DNA from: Eukaryota sp. GEM-RC1
Taxonomy: Eukaryota
Assembly (NCBI GenBank): GCA_040285855.1
Contig: JAUFOQ010000003.1
Span: 2,294,001-2,358,000, forward strand
Length of the DNA stretch: 64,000 bases
Direction: 5' to 3'
Each line of letters starts with the position of its first letter. The first letter of the stretch is position 1. Both the position numbers and the translations under genes were made by a program. This document shows, one piece after another, positions 58,317 through 64,000 of this stretch. The notes under the pieces are model-generated. The model had not been told where the DNA came from, did no database searches, and saw only the letters and a list, made by a program, of their open reading frames with translations.

Positions 58317-59905
58317 CTAATGGCGCTGAGACACAGACTGCAATTGGTGACTAAATCGAAATTCACTTTGAAGCTTTTCAATTTTAATAGAAGCAGTATT
58401 TGATTTGTCTTGAAGATCCTCAACATCAACATGCAATATTCCATTTGAATCAATGCTCATTGTGGTTGATACCTTGGCTTCTTCTGCTGGAAGGGGAGGT
58501 AGATTACTGATCTTAAAGCGTGCGAGAAAGGTATTTTGAGACACAATTGTGGATTCACCTTGATATACCGCAATAGAGGCTGTGGTTTGACTGTCAGCTG
58601 TAGTGACGAAAGTCTGAGTTAACTTGCAAGGAATTCTGGAATGCCTAGGAATGATGACAGCCATGGTGTCGACTTCTTTAGTTTCCGATTTAGACTTGAT
58701 ATCCGTGCCCAAACTATGAGGAGTAACATCATGTATAACATGTTCGAAATAGACAGATGCACCAGCGGCTACGCATTGGTCAGGGTTGAGAGTTTTTTTT
58801 ACTTTACCAGGAAACATAATCTTAAGCTTACCTTCAACACTTGCAATACGACATGATCCTCCGACAAGCTGAACGTGGTCTATGTCAGAAGATTGCAGGT
58901 GGAGAAACTGAAGAAGTCTCTCGACGATAGACAAGCATTTGGTAACAAACAGATCACAAATAGCATCAAAACGTTGTTTTGTGAGGACAAATTCGAGATC
59001 CTCTCCAGAAGCAAAATTGTCAACATCGATATCAGCCGTTTCACAAGTTGCCATTAATTTCTTTGCCTCTTCAACTGCAAAACGCAGTGCTACTTTCTTC
59101 TTTGTGTTTGGCATGGAGTTGTTTTTAGCAGCCCAATAATTCATAACATCTTCTACTATTGCTAGATTAATATTTGCCCCACCCAAGTTGGTAGAGCCAT
59201 CAGTCCCTATTACGGTAACATCATCACTGTTAATATCCACAATGGAAACATCAAAAGTACCACCACCGAAATCAAATACGAGAACTCGTTTGCCCAGTGT
59301 TGTAGGATCTTCTTGTTTTAGAGATAGAACAGCAGCAATTGGTTCGCTGACAAGTGTGATTTCATCAAAACCTGCTAGTTCAGCAGCACTCTTCGTTGCT
59401 TGACGCTGATGGTCACTGAAATAAGCCGGTACAGTGATGACAGCTTTGGTGATGTCTTCCACCCCCGTACACTGACAGCGTTAGTTCTGATATAAGACAA
59501 GACTTTGGCACTGATTTCTTCGGGTCTGTATGTTTGGTCATTCACTTTAATTCCAGTGCATCCTGCAGGATATATCAGTTCTACGATATTGAAAGGGTAT
59601 GTTTTCTTCATTTGTTGAACATGTTCATCATCAAAGCGACTTCCAATGAAACGTTTGACTTCAAAGACAGTGTTTTCTGGATATTTTTTCATCGAAGCCA
59701 GAGCAGGGATACCAACTACACATTTTGTTGAAGAGGTGAAGCAAACAACCGATGGAACTAAGAGGTCGATCGATGAGTTAAAGTCATATAGAACTTGAAT
59801 GTTGTGAGATGTGATGCTGCCGTTCGGGTTCCGTTTTTGGCGATAAACTGCAGCACAAGAGTTTGTTGTTCCAAGATCGATCCCAAGGACAATGGATGAA
59901 GACAT
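58317..59905 (-). CDS. Divergent Hsp70 (NBD + SBD-beta; no lid or EEVD)
   Basis: GIDLGTTNS, VKRFIG, AVITVPAYF, FDFGGGTFDVS, LVGGSCRI, NPDQCVAAGA, VYQGE; frameshift at the C run near 59464. Confidence 0.88.
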
Positions 59906-59927
59906 TTAAATTCAAAATCCCCTCATC

Positions 59928-61796
59928 ATGTACTCGGTTTCGATTGATCTGGGTTCTCATGGCATTGTACTCGCTGTCAGGAATAACTTAGACAACCAAG
60001 ATACATGCTTACAAACAAGTACTAATGCTATGTCCATTCCCAATACTGTTGTTAGTGTGTTGGGCACGGTTATTGCGGGTCAACAAGCTGAATCCAAGAT
60101 CAAGAAATGTGCTGGAAACTGCTTTGTTTCCGTTACACATCTCGTTCTTCCAATCAGCTCTGACAGTCATCAACTTCCTTTTACGTCTTTCCTTATGAAC
60201 AATATCCAACGAAACAATGCTAGTCTATTCTTCTCTGTTGACAACGAAGCTCACTTTCTCACACAAGAACAACTCATCTGTCCACTATTAGAACACATTA
60301 TATGTGAGTTGAAATATTGTCTCAGATCTTTGTTCCAGATATCATCTTTGGTACTTCCCCAAAGTCTACTTCTACAACCTCGAAATGTTCTTCCTGATAC
60401 ATTCCATAAACTTGGCTATCCTGATATCACTGTTGTCACTACTCTGGATGCTCTTGTAGCTTCTTATCTCTTTAAAGCCCCTGAACCCTCTCAACTTGAA
60501 ACCGTCGTCATTGTAGATGTTGGTCATTTACTTACCAAAGCTGTTGTCTTTCTCCATCAACCATCTGGCATTAATATCATTCATTCTGAAGAGTGGTGGA
60601 TGGGTGCTGATCAAGTTGACCAAGCTTTGTATGAGTACTGCTTAACTAAAATTGATGAAAAAATCCGTGTCACAATGAACGAAAAATCCAAGATGAAATT
60701 ACTGTTGGCATGTAATAAAGCTAAAACTAAAACTAGGATGTCGGTTTTGGTAGAAGACTTTTATCCGAATGGTGACTTTGAGGAAGATGTTCCACCCTCT
60801 GTACTTGACAGTTTCTTGAAAGATCTTTCTGGGAAATTGGAGGCATTTCGAGAGAACTTTGTTAAGCTGCTTGAGGAAAAAGCCCATTATGTACAGTCAC
60901 AATTTGTTACCAAAGTTGTTCCAGTTGGAAGGTTAGCAGGTCTTCATTCAGTTAGAGAAGTTATGGAAACTGTATTCAACGCTAGCTTGACTTTCATACT
61001 TGATCCTAATACTGATGTTGCCTTAGGAGGACTGCGAGTCAGAGATAATCCAAAGATTGTATATCCAAGTCAGCTTTTTAAAGCGGTTGGAGTTCAACCC
61101 TATGGAGCAGCACTTCACGATGAGTATATCAAAACACGACAACACCTCATATCTGGTAATATTGTAAGTGAAGATCGAACTTTATCTAATCCCCCATCAA
61201 GTGAAACTGGTGATAACGATTCACATTGTAATCAAAATCCGTTTACTAAAACCAATCCTACAATACCAACCGACGATTCACCTTTAGTTGAAAACAACAG
61301 AATTCTACATGAAATTTCTGAACAGGATGAAGTTCAAGACTCCAGAGAAACCAAAAGCCACCAGCATGTTGAAACCACACAAGAGGATGATGCCTTATAC
61401 GCTGAGAAAGAAAGCGTTGTACCCGTGGAAAATACGAAGAATTTAATTTACGAAGTTGCCGTCACCCCTTTGAATCATTTTGTTGACATGAGTAACCTGA
61501 GTATTGAGTGCACACTCACTCATCACAATCGTCAGTATCATCAGAAACTATCAGTTCCTCGTTTTTCCGCACCTGAATGTTTTTATTTTGGTCTATCTCA
61601 GGAACCAGGGAACTTTCCAACATTCTCTGTAAATGACACTTTAAGGGTCAAGTTTCAGGGGAAAAGCATTCCCAAAGCCAAGCCTTTTGACTTCTCTCTC
61701 GAAGTTGTTAATTCTGGCACAGTTATAACAGTAAAGAAACCAGCTACAGAAGTCGTCCATTTGTTTGGGACTTTCAAGAACGTTTCATCTGTATAA
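59928..61796 (+). CDS. Highly divergent Hsp70/Hsp110-like actin-fold protein with unique C-terminus
   Basis: SIDLGSH, IVDVGH, MGADQVDQAL, KLLLACNKAK, VPVGR, DPNTDVALGG. Confidence 0.7.
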   Translation: MYSVSIDLGSHGIVLAVRNNLDNQDTCLQTSTNAMSIPNTVVSVLGTVIAGQQAESKIKKCAGNCFVSVTHLVLPISSDSHQLPFTSFLMNNIQRNNASLFFSVDNEAHFLTQEQLICPLLEHIICELKYCLRSLFQISSLVLPQSLLLQPRNVLPDTFHKLGYPDITVVTTLDALVASYLFKAPEPSQLETVVIVDVGHLLTKAVVFLHQPSGINIIHSEEWWMGADQVDQALYEYCLTKIDEKIRVTMNEKSKMKLLLACNKAKTKTRMSVLVEDFYPNGDFEEDVPPSVLDSFLKDLSGKLEAFRENFVKLLEEKAHYVQSQFVTKVVPVGRLAGLHSVREVMETVFNASLTFILDPNTDVALGGLRVRDNPKIVYPSQLFKAVGVQPYGAALHDEYIKTRQHLISGNIVSEDRTLSNPPSSETGDNDSHCNQNPFTKTNPTIPTDDSPLVENNRILHEISEQDEVQDSRETKSHQHVETTQEDDALYAEKESVVPVENTKNLIYEVAVTPLNHFVDMSNLSIECTLTHHNRQYHQKLSVPRFSAPECFYFGLSQEPGNFPTFSVNDTLRVKFQGKSIPKAKPFDFSLEVVNSGTVITVKKPATEVVHLFGTFKNVSSV

Positions 61797-62379
61797 CAGG
61801 TTACAACTGAGTGTATCTATATGGTTTCTTCATTTTGTTCTACTTGATGTTGTCGCATGGCATTTCTTAAATGGGTGTTGTTTCCATTTATATGTACATG
61901 GTAGAAATGCAAGAAAATGTCAAACATACTAAACCAAAGCACAGATAAATTAAATTAATCTAATTTCCAGATAACAAAGCTATTAATGAACTCATTCTAA
62001 CAGAAACAGTGCCAGATATTTGTGGGTGCTCAGCATTTCAATAAAATCCGATGATTATGGTAAAGGTCAACAGCTATATACTACAAATATTGGTCTGCTG
62101 TGCTTCTGAGACCGTCATTGTAGAATAACAGTTTCGGAACTCAACCAAATTGTTCTTCAAGTGTTACTACCAACTACTAGTATGCATTCCAGTCTTAAAA
62201 TCTACGAAAAGAGTACATTGATGATATAAGCTACAAATCATAAAATTTAGTTCGTTTTATAATTTTTTTAGTGAATTTTTGTTTTATTGACAACATCACT
62301 ACAGTGTACATACTAGTACCTCTAATAATCAATATCCTCAAAGTCCAGATTGCCTATTTGGAAATTCTCAACTACCTTA

Positions 62380-63490
62380 TCCTCATAATGTCTGCCAAGA
62401 GATAACAAAGCGCTAGATACGGAAGTCACCATACCTTTACAGATATCAAACACGATTCGATTTTTCCTAAATCTAAGGTCAAAAATCCTAAATGATTTTT
62501 TCTTTTACAATCTTCACAAAGATTTCAAGTAATGATGTTGCAGATTCACCTAAAGAACCGTACAGTGAAAATACAAAAGGGTACAACAAGTAATTCGAGT
62601 ATGAAACGGAATTCGAAAAGCCAATGTGGGCAATCTGTAACACCTACACATTTATTGAATTGTAACCGTTTTATTTCTTTTTAGAAGTAAGGTTCATGAT
62701 TCAGTAAGGGATCAATTATACTGTATGTGTAAATCTTATGGAATAGTTTCCTTTTTAGAACCAGTTCTGGCTGGTTTGTTTGATGATACAGATGTTGACA
62801 AATCGTTTGGAAATAGCCGTGGTGATGTCATATTTCCTGGTCTTGATGGATCTTCATTATTGCTGATGTTATGTCTATCGAAGTTTGTAATGATTCCAAC
62901 GAGAAACTTGCTAAATCTAATGCTAAAAACTCTTTGTTGATTGGTAAAAAATTCAAAATGCATTAATATTGTGCTAAATTGAAATTATTGAATTATGTGG
63001 AAGGTTATCAGGCCAAATATATGACCGTAAACGCATGTTTAATGACCAAGAGTTATTATCAAGAAGAAGACCGTAAACTTGAGGGATTTGAGTAATCAGA
63101 CAAGAAGCAGAGCTATTAGAAACATCCATTAAGAAATTTGCAAAAGCGGGATTTTTTTCCTTGACCATGCCAAGTCGAACATTATAATCCAAGCTTTCAA
63201 AAATATTTGTGAGTTTCTGTTGTAATTTTTGCAGACAGAACTGAAGTTTAGTCAAAGATCTTTCAGGTATTTCAGACACAGATTCTGGGAAACACTGAGA
63301 CCAAACGTCAAATGGTAATTTGATCAACGATTCGTTTAAGTCAAATAAATGTTTACATGAAATGGGGTTAATATGGGAAATAGAATTAGGAAATCGATTA
63401 ACAAATTCAAAAATGAAATTTGATCCCGCCCTAAAAAAGCAGATTTGCAAAGAATTGACGATTTGGTAAAACTAATGCCACCAATATGAG
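62380..63490 (-). pseudogene. CRE-like retrotransposon 3' fragment with an internal inversion (~62617-62990)
   Basis: Homologous to 42.3-43.2 kb; flanking parts lie on the minus strand, the middle RLE part on the plus strand. Confidence 0.75.
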
Positions 63491-64000
63491 TAGAAGTAAA
63501 CTATAAAATTGTATTAATAGTTTTTATTAATTTGTTGTCTTCTTTTTGAGTGTTTTTCTCCGCACATAAATCTGCATTTTTAATCAGAATATAATGTACC
63601 CAACATTGAATACTAATGTGTAATACAGGTGTAAGAACTTTGTGGTGCGGTATGAGTATGCACAATCAGTCCACTCTTTGACGGAGCGAAATTCAGTTGC
63701 TTTTGACTATTGCAACAACACAAGAATTTACATCTTCCCGTGTTGTTTGTCTTCAAAAACGTACAACACCATCAGTAATATATTTATCTATTAATGTATT
63801 AAAGATTTGTGCTCTTGTGTCATCGCTATGTTATTTTACATTTCTTTGTACAATACATTTAGAACACTTGCCATCTGATTATGTCTATTTTAACATTTCA
63901 TTGTTCTCGACAGGTAACACAATACATGTTAAATAATTGTGGAATTTTGGTTGATCCGTTACACGCAAAAATCCGTTACCAATTTCAGTCTGAATGATGT

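Noticed and set aside
1..64000. tRNA or rRNA genes
   Set aside because: None recognised by eye; tRNAscan-SE/Infernal would be needed to exclude them.

Overview
AT-rich eukaryotic DNA, most likely from a flagellated protist. Evidence: 27-33 nt GT-AG introns, head-to-head genes only 22-107 bp apart, and IQUB and kinesin-14 genes. An anaerobic/metamonad-like host is my inference only. Many genes, including conserved ones, carry single-base frameshifts at homopolymers, which suggests long-read assembly errors. The window has two parts. (1) About 1-19.7 kb is an accessory, element-like island. It holds orphan ORFs, a Pif1 helicase, a degenerate DEAH/DEAD helicase chimera and two divergent Ulp1/C48 proteases. 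Its standout is a reconstructed ~1685-aa ORF (14388-19441) reading 2A-like StopGo peptide, NEDP1/Ulp1-like protease, inactivated PolB-type exonuclease, Fanzor1 (TnpB-like RuvC) nuclease and CCHC knuckle. It is preceded by two tandem 75-nt hairpins and followed by a structured non-coding region where an omegaRNA is expected. (2) About 20-64 kb is compact host gene space: DRG2, Pol5/MYBBP1A-like, LRR, Nup50-like, PDCD5, DAD1, CDS1, a large secreted protein, a bacterial-type PLP racemase with an intron, coiled-coil, Rab-like, IQUB, kinesin-14, sugar porter and two divergent Hsp70s. This part is interspersed with hAT MITEs bearing 8-bp TSDs, a hAT transposase remnant and CRE-like non-LTR retrotransposon remnants. 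All domain calls are by motif recognition; no searches were run.
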